Assembly: GCA_021735105.1 (NCBI GenBank)
Contig: JAIPHS010000002.1
Location: forward strand, 1 to 44,282
Source of the DNA: Candidatus Omnitrophota bacterium
GTDB lineage: Bacteria; Omnitrophota; Gorgyraeia; Duberdicusellales; 4484-171
Length of the DNA: 44,282 nt
Direction of reading: 5' to 3'
In this document: one piece after another, positions 1-11,656 of the stretch
How positions within the stretch are numbered: the first letter of the stretch is position 1
Layout of the letters: every line of letters starts with the position of its first letter
Position numbers and translations under genes: made by a program
The notes under the pieces: generated by a model
Databases searched by the model: none
Seen by the model: only the letters and a program-made list of their open reading frames with translations
Told to the model about the DNA's origin: nothing

Positions 1-125
1 AAATAGTGTTTTTTTTGAGGTCATCAAGCGCTGTCTATGTATTTAGACTGCAAGAAAAAGAGATAGCAAAAAAAATAAAAAAGGAATTCCCAAACATTAA
101 AGAAATAAAAATAGAGGTTGAATAA

Positions 126-2479
<2,354 letters not shown>

Positions 2480-2480
<1 letters not shown>

Positions 2481-2528
2481 AGATAGAAGATAGAAGTTAG
2501 AAGATAGAAGATAGAAGATAGAAGTTAT
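2480..2528 (+). repeat. Seven tandem heptamers (5x AAGATAG, AAGTTAG, AAGTTAT) filling the gyrB-gyrA spacer
   Basis: Read directly: aagatag aagatag aagttag aagatag aagatag aagatag aagttat. The array starts in the last base of the gyrB stop codon and ends 1 nt before the gyrA ATG. Confidence 0.9.
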
Positions 2529-2529
2529 T

Positions 2530-4971
2530 ATGGAACAAAAATATAACGAAAAAATTACTACCAAATTCTTAGAAGAAGAAATGAAGGAGTCATATCTTGC
2601 TTATGCGATGAGTGTCATCGTAAGCAGGGCCTTGCCTGATATAAGAGACGGCCTTAAACCGGTGCAGCGAAGAATACTTTATGGCATGGATGGACTGCAC
2701 CTGCGTTATAACCAATCTTATAAAAAAAGTGCCAGGGTGGTGGGGGAGGTTTTAGGAAAATACCATCCTCATGGGGATTCATCAGTTTATGATGCTTTAG
2801 TAAGAATGGCTCAGGATTTCTCTCTTCGCTATCCTTTAGCAGACGGCCAAGGAAATTTTGGTTCAATAGATGGAGATCCGGCTGCCGCCATGCGTTATTC
2901 AGAGTGCCGGATGGCCAAAGCCTCAGATTATATACTTCAAGATATTGAGAAAAAGACTGTTAACTTTTTTCCTAACTTTGACAATTCTCTTCAAGAGCCC
3001 GAGGTGCTTCCTTCAGTTTTTCCTAATCTTATTTGCAATGGAGCCAGTGGCATTGCAGTGGGGATGTCAACTAATATTCCGCCCCATAATTTAGGGGAAA
3101 TTTGTGATGCATTGATTTATCTGGTTGATAATCCCGACGCTTCAGTAAAAAAACTTCATAAATATATAAAAGGGCCTGATTTTCCTACCGGGGGTATTAT
3201 TTGCGGCAAAACAGGTATATTGGAGATGTATAAAAAAGGAAGAGGCAAACTTACCGTAAGAGCCCGTGCCAGCATAGAAAAAGAAAAAAATAGAGAGTAT
3301 ATTGTAATTACCGAAATTCCTTATCAATTGAATAAGACCACTCTTTTAGAACAAATAGCTAATATTATTAATAAAGGAAGAGTGGAAGGGGCCTCTGACC
3401 TAAGAGATGAGTCGGATAGAGACGGGATAAGGGTTGTTATTGAGTTAAAAAGAGGGGCTCAAGCAGAAATAATTTTAAATCAATTATATAAACATACCAG
3501 CATGGAGACAACTTTCGGGGCTATATTTTTAGCCCTAGTTAACCGGACCCCGCAGATGCTTAGCTTAAAAGATATGCTGGCTCATCATATAACCTTTCGC
3601 AGGGAAGTTATTGTTCGGCGCACTAAATTCTTATTGGAAAAAGCTGAAAAAAGAGCTCATATATTAGAAGGTTTAAAAATCGCTTTAAATAATTTAGATA
3701 AAATAATAAAGATAATCAAAAAATCTAAAGATCCGGCTGCTGCTGAAAAAACTTTAATTAAAGAATTTAAATTAACTCATGTGCAGGCCCAAGCCATCTT
3801 ACAAATGCAACTGCAGAGGCTTTGCGCCCTTGAGCGAAAAAAAATAGATCAAGAGTATGGAGAACTTTTAAAAACAATTGAGTATCTTAAAAGTATTCTT
3901 TCTTCACAAAAAAAACAAGAAAAATTAATTAAAGATGAAGTCAAAGAAATAAAAGAAAAATTTGCTGATCCGCGCCGGACAGATATTGTGGCTGAAAGAG
4001 AAGAAATAGAAGTAGAAGATTTAATTGTTGAAGAAGATATGGTTATAGCGATAAGCCGGCTTGGCTACATAAAAAGAATGCCGATTGCTACCTATAGGCA
4101 TCAAAAAAGAGGCGGCCGGGGAGTTACTGCGATGTCAACGGGAGATACTGATTTTGTTCAACATCTTTTTATTGCCTCAAGCAAAGACACGCTTTTAATT
4201 TTTACCAACGAAGGAAAAACTTATCCGTTAAAAACTTATGAGGTTCCGCAAGGCTCGCGAACATCCAAGGGGCGAGCTATTGTTAATGTCTTAAAGCTAA
4301 AAAATAATGTTCAAACTACCGCTGTTTTGTCGGTAAAAGAATTTGGTTCAAAATCTTTTATTCTTATGGCAACCCAGAACGGAATGGTGAAAAGATGTTC
4401 TTTAGAGCTATTTGCTCACGCGCGCAAAAGTGGAATTATTGCAATAAGCCTAAAAAAAGAAGATAAACTTATCGGAGTTCAGTTGTTAACCGAACAAGAC
4501 GATGTAGTGCTTGCAACCAAAAAAGGATTATCAATCCGTTTTGCAGCCAAGCAAGCTAGAGCTACCGGACGGCAATCTCAAGGAGTCCGCGGGATTAAAT
4601 TGGCTAAATCAGATATAGTTTTAGGGATGGGAGTTGTAGAGCCAAGCCTTAAGACTGATGATTTGTTTCTTTTAACTGCCACTGAAAAAGGGTTTGCAAA
4701 AAGAACTCAAATCAAGGGGTACAGAAGCCAATCAAGGGGCGGTAAGGGAATAATTAATATAAAACTTTCTTCTAAGCTGGGAGAAGTGAAAGGAATACTT
4801 TTGGTTCACAGCCAAGATCAAGTAATGTATATTACTCAAAAAGGAATATTGATTAGAACTAAAGTAGGCGATATTCGTATGTCGGGGCGGTCAACCCAGG
4901 GGGTAAAGGTTATAAATCTGGGCCAACAAGATAAACTTGCTGCTATTGCTCATGTTGTACCCGGCAGTTAA
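2530..4971 (+). CDS. gyrA: DNA gyrase subunit A
   Basis: 813-aa ORF. N-terminal [29 protein letters not shown], catalytic-Tyr region [10 protein letters not shown], repeated C-terminal beta-pinwheel blades. Confidence 0.97.
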   Translation: MEQKYNEKITTKFLEEEMKESYLAYAMSVIVSRALPDIRDGLKPVQRRILYGMDGLHLRYNQSYKKSARVVGEVLGKYHPHGDSSVYDALVRMAQDFSLRYPLADGQGNFGSIDGDPAAAMRYSECRMAKASDYILQDIEKKTVNFFPNFDNSLQEPEVLPSVFPNLICNGASGIAVGMSTNIPPHNLGEICDALIYLVDNPDASVKKLHKYIKGPDFPTGGIICGKTGILEMYKKGRGKLTVRARASIEKEKNREYIVITEIPYQLNKTTLLEQIANIINKGRVEGASDLRDESDRDGIRVVIELKRGAQAEIILNQLYKHTSMETTFGAIFLALVNRTPQMLSLKDMLAHHITFRREVIVRRTKFLLEKAEKRAHILEGLKIALNNLDKIIKIIKKSKDPAAAEKTLIKEFKLTHVQAQAILQMQLQRLCALERKKIDQEYGELLKTIEYLKSILSSQKKQEKLIKDEVKEIKEKFADPRRTDIVAEREEIEVEDLIVEEDMVIAISRLGYIKRMPIATYRHQKRGGRGVTAMSTGDTDFVQHLFIASSKDTLLIFTNEGKTYPLKTYEVPQGSRTSKGRAIVNVLKLKNNVQTTAVLSVKEFGSKSFILMATQNGMVKRCSLELFAHARKSGIIAISLKKEDKLIGVQLLTEQDDVVLATKKGLSIRFAAKQARATGRQSQGVRGIKLAKSDIVLGMGVVEPSLKTDDLFLLTATEKGFAKRTQIKGYRSQSRGGKGIINIKLSSKLGEVKGILLVHSQDQVMYITQKGILIRTKVGDIRMSGRSTQGVKVINLGQQDKLAAIAHVVPGS

Positions 4972-4991
4972 TTGCAAATCAGGAAAATCCA

Positions 4992-5019
4992 TTGACATTT
5001 TAGAAATAAAACTTACAAT
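4992..5019 (+). promoter_or_regulatory. Sigma70-like promoter for tRNA-Glu (TTGACA-N16-TACAAT)
   Basis: TTGACA at 4992-4997, 16-nt spacer, TACAAT at 5014-5019. The tRNA 5' end lies 9-10 nt downstream. Confidence 0.45.
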
Positions 5020-5028
5020 TATGGCATT

Positions 5029-5103
5029 GTCCCCATCGTCTAGTCTGGTCTAGGACACGGGCCTTTCGAGCCTGCGGCGCCGGTTCAAATCCGGCTGGGG
5101 ACG
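5029..5103 (+). tRNA. tRNA-Glu (anticodon UUC)
   Basis: Hand-folded cloverleaf: acceptor GTCCCCA/TGGGGAC, anticodon stem CGGGC/GCCTG with loop CTTTCGA, T-arm GCCGG-TTCAAAT-CCGGC. No encoded CCA. Followed by a T7 run. Confidence 0.9.
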
Positions 5104-5152
5104 TTTTTTTAATGGCCTATAGCATAACAAAGAATCAAGAACTAGCTCACCC

Positions 5153-5602
5153 ATGCAAAACAATAAGCAACAAAAAAACCCTAAAGGAATTTTGATTTTA
5201 GGAATATTGATTATTGTGTTTGGGGTTCTCTCATTAATTAATTATTTTACTCTAAATTACAATCATTACACAGATTCTTTAGAAAAAATAGGGCAAGGAA
5301 AAATTGGCTCACAATTTAATCAAAGCCAAGTAAAAACGGCTAATAATATATCTTTAATATTTTCAATCTTTCTTTTACTTTCCGGATTAGGCATTCTTTA
5401 TCGCAAAGAAATAGCCAGAAAAGTTATGGTTTGGTTTTCGGCGTTTATTATTGTTCTTTTTGTTTTGGCGGCCATCTTGCAGCCAAGCTCTATAATTTTT
5501 GCCTTTCCTCAGTTTTTATTTTTTTCTCTAATTGCTCTTTATTTTACTAACAAAAACATAAAAGAATTCTTTTATAAAAAAAATAATCATTCAAAAAGAT
5601 AA
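5153..5602 (+). CDS. Hypothetical multi-pass membrane protein
   Basis: 149-aa ORF with several hydrophobic segments. Its stop overlaps the glmS start (TAATG). No recognisable family. Confidence 0.55.
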   Translation: MQNNKQQKNPKGILILGILIIVFGVLSLINYFTLNYNHYTDSLEKIGQGKIGSQFNQSQVKTANNISLIFSIFLLLSGLGILYRKEIARKVMVWFSAFIIVLFVLAAILQPSSIIFAFPQFLFFSLIALYFTNKNIKEFFYKKNNHSKR

Positions 5603-7431
5603 TGTGCGGCATTTTTGGATATAGAGGAAAAGACCTTCAGCTTGTTTACCTTTTAGAGGGATTAAAAAAGTTAGAATATCGCGGTTATGATTCTTGCGGA
5701 GTCATTGCTTATAATTTGGGTAAGTTTCTTTGCAAAAAGAATTCCGGGAAAATAGAAGAGCTAAAAGAAAGTTTAACTGACAAGTTAAACAATAAATATT
5801 CTTCTGCCTTGCTCCATACCCGTTGGGCTACTCACGGCAAACCAATCAAATTAAATGCTCATCCCCACAAAAGTTCTAAGAAAAACATTCATGTTGTTCA
5901 TAATGGAATTATAGAAAATTATCTTGAGTTAAAAAAGAAGTTAAAGAAAAAAGGGTATAAATTTAAAAGTGATACAGATTCAGAAATAACGGCCAATTTA
6001 ATTGCTAGTTTTTATAAAGGGTCAATAGAGGAAGCTGTTTTTTCTGCGGTAAAGAAACTTAAAGGGGCTTTTGCCTTAGGTGTTTTATCTGAGTTTGAGC
6101 CGGATAAAATTATAGCGGTTCGTCACAAAAGCCCGCTTTTGATTGGGGCCGCGGCTGAAGGTTTTTTTCTTGCTTCAGACCTGCCGGCCATAGTTTCGCT
6201 GGCCAAGGAGGCGGTTTATCTAAAAGAAAAACAAATTGCTGTGCTGAGTGCAGAAAAAATTAAGCTTTATGATTTTAACGGAAAAAGAGCGAAAGTAAAC
6301 AAGGAGAAGATAAACATAAAGACGGTATCAACCAACAAAAAAGGTTTTAAGCACTTTATGCTTAAAGAAATTTACCAACAACCAAAAGTGCTAAGAGATA
6401 CTCTAGACATCTATACTAAAAATAATCAAATTAATTTTGGCCAGCTAAAATTAACTAAAAAATACCTAAAGGGAGTAAAGAATATTTTTATTACTGCCTG
6501 TGGTACAGCTTTTCACGCTGCCCATGTAACTAAATACTTTTTAGAAAGGCATACCAATATTAAAGTTGAAATTGATACTTCTTCAGAATTTCGTTACCGT
6601 GATTTTAATGTCAACAAAGGAGATTTATTTATTGCTATTTCTCAATCAGGAGAAACCGCAGACACTCTGGCCGCTTTAAAGAAGGCAAAAAAACGAAAAG
6701 CAAAAATATTATCAATTTGCAATGTTATCGGCTCCAGCCTAGCTAGAGAAAGTGATAGTTTTATCTATACCCCGGCCGGCCCGGAGATTGGCGTGGCTTC
6801 GACTAAAGCTTATACAACACAATTGATGTGCCTTTATCTATTCTGCCTGCATTTAGCCACCATAAAAAATACTATATCAAAAACAAATAAAAATAACATA
6901 TTAAAAGAATTATTTAAAATACCCCTTTATCAGAAAAAAATCTTAAGGCAAAACAAAAAAATAGCAATGATTGCCAAAAAGTTTTCAAAGGCGGGGTGTT
7001 TTCTTTTTTTAGGCAGAGGTATAAATTTTCCTTCTGCTTTAGAGGGAGCTCTTAAGTTAAAAGAAATATCCTATATTCCGGCTGAAGGCTATCCGGCCGG
7101 AGAGATGAAGCATGGGCCGATTGCTTTAATTGATGAATACCGTGCCGTAGTCTGTATTGCTCCGATGGATGATCTTCATGAAAAGATGGTTTCTAATTTA
7201 CAGGAGATAAAGGCGCGCAGAGGAAAAATTTTAGCAATAATTAATCCGGCTGACGCTGAAATTCCTTCTTTTTCAAATCAAATAATCTATATTCCCAAGC
7301 TTAAATTCCAAGAAATTTCACCTTTACTGGTAGTTGTGGCCTTGCAATTATTTGCTTATTCGGTAGCGAAAAATTTAGGAGCAGAAATAGACCAACCGCG
7401 CAATCTAGCTAAGTCGGTAACAGTCGAATAA
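5602..7431 (+). CDS. glmS: Glutamine--fructose-6-phosphate aminotransferase
   Basis: 609 aa. N-terminal nucleophile MCGIFGY, two SIS domains (SQSGETADT), canonical C-terminus AKSVTVE. Confidence 0.96.
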   Translation: MCGIFGYRGKDLQLVYLLEGLKKLEYRGYDSCGVIAYNLGKFLCKKNSGKIEELKESLTDKLNNKYSSALLHTRWATHGKPIKLNAHPHKSSKKNIHVVHNGIIENYLELKKKLKKKGYKFKSDTDSEITANLIASFYKGSIEEAVFSAVKKLKGAFALGVLSEFEPDKIIAVRHKSPLLIGAAAEGFFLASDLPAIVSLAKEAVYLKEKQIAVLSAEKIKLYDFNGKRAKVNKEKINIKTVSTNKKGFKHFMLKEIYQQPKVLRDTLDIYTKNNQINFGQLKLTKKYLKGVKNIFITACGTAFHAAHVTKYFLERHTNIKVEIDTSSEFRYRDFNVNKGDLFIAISQSGETADTLAALKKAKKRKAKILSICNVIGSSLARESDSFIYTPAGPEIGVASTKAYTTQLMCLYLFCLHLATIKNTISKTNKNNILKELFKIPLYQKKILRQNKKIAMIAKKFSKAGCFLFLGRGINFPSALEGALKLKEISYIPAEGYPAGEMKHGPIALIDEYRAVVCIAPMDDLHEKMVSNLQEIKARRGKILAIINPADAEIPSFSNQIIYIPKLKFQEISPLLVVVALQLFAYSVAKNLGAEIDQPRNLAKSVTVE

Positions 7432-8094
7432 ATGTTATATATAATTCCAACTCCTATCGGGAATCGAGAAGATATAACCTTAAGGGCTATACGGATTTTA
7501 GAAGAGGTTGATTTTATTTTAGCCGAAGATACCCGTAAAACCGGCACTTTGTTAAAATATTTCAACATAAAAAATAAACTAATTAGTTTTTATGAACATA
7601 ATGAAACCAGGAAAACTTCTCAAGTTATAGATGAACTAGAAAAGGGCAAAAGTATTGCTTTAGTGTCAAGCGCCGGGACTCCTACTATTTCTGATCCGGG
7701 ATTTAAACTGGTAAGAGAGTGCAGGCAAAGAGCGATTGAAGTTACCTCTTTACCAGGGCCTTCCAGTATAATTACGGCACTTTCGGCTAGCAGCATAAGC
7801 TCAGACAAGTTTACTTTTTTTGGTTATTTGCCAAGGAAAAAGACGGCTCGGCTAAAATTTTTTTCTCAAATTTTAAATTGGCCGGCAACTTGTGTTTTTT
7901 TTGAATCTCCTTACCGTGTTTTGTCAACATTAAATGAGTTAGAGAAAGTTTTAGGAGATAGAAAAATAACGGTTTGCCGAGAGTTAACTAAAAAATTTGA
8001 AGAAATTTTTGAATCCGGCCTCAAAGAAGCAGCCGAGCATTTTAGTAAAAAGAAACCAAGAGGAGAATTCACTTTGGTCTTGTCCGCGGCTTGA
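7432..8094 (+). CDS. rsmI: 16S rRNA (cytidine-2'-O)-methyltransferase RsmI-like (tetrapyrrole methylase fold)
   Basis: 220 aa. N-terminal LYIIPTPIGNREDITLRAIRILEEVDFILAEDTR is the RsmI signature. Shorter than the E. coli protein. Confidence 0.88.
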   Translation: MLYIIPTPIGNREDITLRAIRILEEVDFILAEDTRKTGTLLKYFNIKNKLISFYEHNETRKTSQVIDELEKGKSIALVSSAGTPTISDPGFKLVRECRQRAIEVTSLPGPSSIITALSASSISSDKFTFFGYLPRKKTARLKFFSQILNWPATCVFFESPYRVLSTLNELEKVLGDRKITVCRELTKKFEEIFESGLKEAAEHFSKKKPRGEFTLVLSAA

Positions 8095-8115
8095 TAGAGA
8101 GCTTATTTTTTATCC

Positions 8116-8144
8116 TTGACAGAAAAGAGCAAGCATAATAGTAT
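8116..8144 (+). promoter_or_regulatory. Sigma70-like promoter of the pyrR operon (TTGACA-N17-TAGTAT)
   Basis: TTGACA at 8116-8121, 17-nt spacer, TAGTAT at 8139-8144. Confidence 0.45.
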
Positions 8145-8147
8145 TAT

Positions 8148-8185
8148 CCTAACCTTTAAGCTGGTCCAGCGAGGCCAGCAAGGAA
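8148..8185 (+). promoter_or_regulatory. PyrR-binding RNA element overlapping the pyrR SD
   Basis: CCUUUAAG-CUGG-UCCAGCGAGG-CCAG-CAAGG. The loop UCCAGCGAGG matches the PyrR binding-loop core UCCAGAGAGG. Lower stem is CCUU (8153-8156) paired with AAGG (8180-8183). The AAGGA SD lies 5 nt before the ATG at 8190. Confidence 0.7.
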
Positions 8186-8189
8186 TATT

Positions 8190-8738
8190 ATGAAAGATAA
8201 AAGCAAAGAAAAAACAGTTTTAACCTGCCAAGACATAGAAAAAACTCTTCTTAGGCTTTCTCATCAGGTCTTAGAAAAAAACTCAAACCCAAAAAAGATA
8301 GCTTTGGTTGGAATTCAAACCCGAGGGGTGCCTTTAGCTAGAAGAATAAAAACAATAATCGAGGGCATAAACAAGATAAGCCTGCCATTAGGGGAGCTTG
8401 ATATTACGCTTTACCGGGATGATTTAACCACAATCGGGCCAAATCCAGTAGTTAAAAAAACTGCTATTAATTTTGATATTCAAGGAAAAATAATAATTTT
8501 AGTTGATGATGTTTTATTCAGCGGCAGGACTATCCGGGCTGCGCTAGATCAGATTATGGATTTTGGCCGTCCTGATAAAATTCAACTTTTAGCCTTAGTA
8601 GACAGGGGCCATAGAGAACTTCCTTTTAGGGCTGATTTTGTTGGCAAGAATATTCCTACCGCAAAAGGACAAATTGTTGAGGTGAAGTTAAAGGAAATAG
8701 ATTCTCAAGATAAGGTAATTTTAAAAAAGAAAGAATAA
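8190..8738 (+). CDS. pyrR: Bifunctional pyr operon regulator / uracil phosphoribosyltransferase
   Basis: 182 aa. PRPP-binding motif IILVDDVLFSGRTIRAA. Sits at the head of pyrB-pyrC. Confidence 0.93.
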   Translation: MKDKSKEKTVLTCQDIEKTLLRLSHQVLEKNSNPKKIALVGIQTRGVPLARRIKTIIEGINKISLPLGELDITLYRDDLTTIGPNPVVKKTAINFDIQGKIIILVDDVLFSGRTIRAALDQIMDFGRPDKIQLLALVDRGHRELPFRADFVGKNIPTAKGQIVEVKLKEIDSQDKVILKKKE

Positions 8739-9664
8739 TGAAGTGGCAAAAAAAAGATTTATTAGGCCTAAGAGACTTAAAAAAAGAAGAGATAAAAATT
8801 TTATTAGAGACAGCCGCGTCTTTTAAAGAAGTTACCACACGTCAAATTAAAAAAGTTCCAGCCTTGCGCGGCAAAACCATAGTTAATTTATTTTATGAAC
8901 CTTCAACCAGGACAAGGGTTTCTTTTGAGGTGGCGGCAAAAAGATTGTCTGCAGATGTAATAAATATTGCTGCTGAATATTCAAGTGTACGGAAAAATGA
9001 AACTCTTAATGATACAGGCCGAAATATTGAGGCTTTAAAAGCAGATTTAATTGTAGTAAGGCATAATGCAGCTGGTGCGGCAGCGATGCTTTCCCGGCAT
9101 CTAAATATTGGGGTAGTAAATGCTGGAGATGGATGGCATGAGCATCCTACTCAAGCTTTACTTGATATCTTTACCTTAGCTGAAAAAAAGGGTAAAATTG
9201 AGGGATTAACTGTAACCATTGTTGGAGATATTGCCCATTCTCGAGTGGCTCGTTCAAATATTTGGGGTTTAACTAAACTAGGGGCAAAAGTAATAGTTTG
9301 TGCGCCTTCAATGCTTATCCCGAATAAAATTGAAAAAATGGGTGTTTCTGTAACATCAAACATAGATAAAGCTTTATCGAAATCAGATGCAGTAAATGTT
9401 TTGAGAATGCAGTTTGAAAGAGATCAAATTTCAGCTTTTCCTAAAAGGTTAAATTATTTTAAAAATTATGGAATTAACCAAGAACGGATTGAAAAAACAA
9501 ATAAAGATATAGTAATTATGCATCCGGGGCCGATTAACCGGGGGATTGAAATATCCTCTGAAGTTGCAGATGGGCTAAACTCTGTTATTCTAGATCAAGT
9601 TACAAATGGCATTGCAGTCAGGATGGCGGTTTTATATCTTATATCCGGAGCAAGGGAAAAATGA
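8738..9664 (+). CDS. pyrB: Aspartate carbamoyltransferase catalytic subunit
   Basis: 308 aa. STRTRVSFE carbamoyl-phosphate motif, HPTQ, HPGP. Start overlaps the pyrR stop (TAATG). Confidence 0.95.
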   Translation: MKWQKKDLLGLRDLKKEEIKILLETAASFKEVTTRQIKKVPALRGKTIVNLFYEPSTRTRVSFEVAAKRLSADVINIAAEYSSVRKNETLNDTGRNIEALKADLIVVRHNAAGAAAMLSRHLNIGVVNAGDGWHEHPTQALLDIFTLAEKKGKIEGLTVTIVGDIAHSRVARSNIWGLTKLGAKVIVCAPSMLIPNKIEKMGVSVTSNIDKALSKSDAVNVLRMQFERDQISAFPKRLNYFKNYGINQERIEKTNKDIVIMHPGPINRGIEISSEVADGLNSVILDQVTNGIAVRMAVLYLISGAREK

Positions 9665-10923
9665 AAACTTTAATTAAAAATGCAAAAATAGTTGGCATTA
9701 GTGCTAGCCGGCCAAAAGAAACTGATATTTTAATTGATTCGGAGAAGATAGCAAATATAGATTCTGGCATCAGCCCCAAAGGTGCTGATAGAGTGATAGA
9801 TGTTACAGGAAAAATAGTAATGCCGGCGCTTATGGATATGCATGTCCATTTGCGTGAACCGGGCAGGGAGGATAAAGAAGATATTAAAACCGGTACCAGA
9901 GCGGCTTTGGCCGGCGGCTTTGGTTCTGTGTTAGCTATGCCAAATACAGAGCCGGCTATAGATTCTAAAGAAATTGTAAGATACCTAAAAGATAAGATAA
10001 AAGAAGAGGCTTGTGTTGACGTCTTTCTTTCGGCGGCGATAACTAAGGGCAGGCAAGGCAATGAGCTTAGCGACGTAGAAGGATTAGCTAAAGAAGGCAT
10101 AAAAGCTATAACTGATGATGGCGATTCAGTCGAGAGCAGCCAATTAATGTTGGAAGCTTTCAAAAAAGCAAAGGAAAATAATATTGTTGTAATCTGCCAT
10201 AGCGAAGATAAAACGCTATCAAAGCAAGGGGTATTAAATTTAGGTTTTAGCTCAACCTGCCTTGGTTTGCGGGGGATACCAAAGTCAGCAGAGTTTATGA
10301 GAGTAGCCAGAGATATAAAGCTGGCAGAAAAAGCCGATGCAAAAGTGCACATTGCTCATGTAAGCTGCAAGGAGTCAATAGAGGTGATAGCTAAAGCGAA
10401 AAAGAAGGGGATAAAAGTATCAGCGGAAACCGCTCCGCACTATTTTTCCTTATCTGAAGAAGATCTTTGGAATTTTGACACTAACAAAAAGATTAATCCG
10501 CCTTTACGCAATGAAGAAGATATTTTAGCGATTAAACAAGCTTTGGCCGATGGCGTAATTGATGTTATTGCTTCTGACCATGCTCCTCACACAGAAAATG
10601 AAAAAGATATTGAATTTGAAAGAGCCGAATTTGGAACAATTGGACTGGAAACAGAACTGGCGGTGGCTTTTACAGAGCTTATTAAAAAAAATGTTTTAAG
10701 TTGGCAGGAATTAATTGATAAGTTTTTAATCAGCCCTGCTAAGATTTTAGGCATTAAAAAAAGCTTGATTAAAGTTGGTGCTAGCGCAGATTTAATTATC
10801 TTTGATCCCAACAAAGAGTGGAAGGTTTCTAAAAAAAGTTTTTATTCTAAATCTAAAAACTCTTGTTTTTTAGGGAGAAAATTGCAGGGAAAAATCGAAA
10901 GGGTTTTTTATAAAGGGAAGTAA
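9661..10923 (+). CDS. pyrC: Dihydroorotase
   Basis: 420 aa. Metal-binding DMHVHLREPG and ASDHAPH motifs. ATGA overlap with pyrB. Confidence 0.93.
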   Translation: MKTLIKNAKIVGISASRPKETDILIDSEKIANIDSGISPKGADRVIDVTGKIVMPALMDMHVHLREPGREDKEDIKTGTRAALAGGFGSVLAMPNTEPAIDSKEIVRYLKDKIKEEACVDVFLSAAITKGRQGNELSDVEGLAKEGIKAITDDGDSVESSQLMLEAFKKAKENNIVVICHSEDKTLSKQGVLNLGFSSTCLGLRGIPKSAEFMRVARDIKLAEKADAKVHIAHVSCKESIEVIAKAKKKGIKVSAETAPHYFSLSEEDLWNFDTNKKINPPLRNEEDILAIKQALADGVIDVIASDHAPHTENEKDIEFERAEFGTIGLETELAVAFTELIKKNVLSWQELIDKFLISPAKILGIKKSLIKVGASADLIIFDPNKEWKVSKKSFYSKSKNSCFLGRKLQGKIERVFYKGK

Positions 10924-10948
10924 GTCTCTGCAGCTCAATGGATATCCC

Positions 10949-11020
10949 GCCCCTTTAGCTTAACGGATAAAGCGCAGGCCTCCGGAGCCTGAGATGGAAG
11001 TTCGATTCTTCCAAGGGGCA
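10949..11020 (+). tRNA. tRNA-Arg (anticodon CCG)
   Basis: Acceptor GCCCCTT/AAGGGGC, D-stem GCTT/AAGC, anticodon stem CAGGC/GCCTG with loop CTCCGGA, T-arm GGAAG-TTCGATT-CTTCC. 72 nt, no CCA. Confidence 0.88.
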
Positions 11021-11035
11021 AAAAATAGAAACCAA

Positions 11036-11100
11036 AGGGGCGGGGCGGAGCCAAAAATGCAGGTTCAAATCCCTGCCTGCCGGCAGGCAGGCTGCCAGGG
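11036..11100 (+). other. GC-rich block with a tRNA T-arm-like segment and a perfect 20-nt palindrome
   Basis: ggggcggggcggagcc, then gcagg-ttcaaat(c)-cctgc (T-arm-like with one extra nt), then cctgcctgcc/ggcaggcagg (11072-11091). No matching acceptor 5' strand, so not a complete tRNA. Confidence 0.3.
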
Positions 11101-11200
11101 ACATTACCAAGTTAATGAGTGTATGTGTAAGTGTGTATATGTGTGAAAACGAGAATTCATATACACTTTTACGCGTTTACTCGTTTACAAATCAATAATT

Positions 11201-11656
11201 ATGAATATAGCGGTAATTGGTGGTTCGAGTTGTTCAAGGAAAGCTTATAGCACAGCAGAAGCTGCGGGAAAGCTTATTGCTAAAGAAGGATGGACTTTAA
11301 TCTGCGGTGGTGGGCCCGGGGTTATGGAGGCGGCTTGCTCTGGGGCAAAAGAGCAAGAGGGGCTTACTGTGGGCATTTTACCTTCTTATGACGGGCATGA
11401 AGCTAACTCTTATTTAGATGTTAAAATACCTACAGGCCTTGGTTTTGTTCGAAATATTTTGGTAGTGAGGGCGGCAGATTACTTAATTGCAATTGATGGA
11501 AAATACGGAACTCTTTCTGAGATTGGTTTTGCTTTATCTGAAGGGAAAGTTGTGGTAGGCATAGATACTTGGGCTATAAAAGGAATAATAAAAGTAAAAA
11601 CAGCCAAAGATGCGATAGGGGAGATAAAACACCATGTTAAACAAAAAGGAAATTAA
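11201..11656 (+). CDS. TIGR00725/LOG-like Rossmann-fold protein
   Basis: 151 aa. GGGPGVMEA and GKYGTLSEI resemble the LOG-family GGGxGxM and PGGxGTxxE motifs. Confidence 0.75.
   Translation: MNIAVIGGSSCSRKAYSTAEAAGKLIAKEGWTLICGGGPGVMEAACSGAKEQEGLTVGILPSYDGHEANSYLDVKIPTGLGFVRNILVVRAADYLIAIDGKYGTLSEIGFALSEGKVVVGIDTWAIKGIIKVKTAKDAIGEIKHHVKQKGN

Noticed and set aside
1-125. Replication origin (DnaA-box cluster) next to gyrB
   Set aside because: I found no TTATCCACA-like boxes or AT-rich unwinding repeats in the 125 nt available, and neither dnaA nor dnaN lies in the window.
5104-5602. glmS ribozyme upstream of glmS, and a T-box upstream of thrS or pheS
   Set aside because: glmS is translationally overlapped with the preceding membrane-protein ORF, which leaves no leader. 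No T-box consensus or specifier-loop architecture is visible in the thrS or pheS upstream regions.
9639-10352. 237-aa minus-strand ORF antisense to pyrC. The same applies to similar long antisense ORFs at 27463-27804, 28895-29317, 29509-29961, 30113-30460, 24599-24877, 18424-18756 and 43896-44276.
   Set aside because: Each lies wholly inside a confidently identified + strand gene, has low-complexity or serine/leucine-rich composition, and has no RBS or recognisable motif. They are typical shadow ORFs of an AT-rich genome.
11036-11100. A second complete tRNA gene after tRNA-Arg
   Set aside because: Only a T-arm-like segment with an 8-nt loop is present. No acceptor 5' strand, D-arm or anticodon arm can be placed, so I kept it as a fragment or hairpin only.
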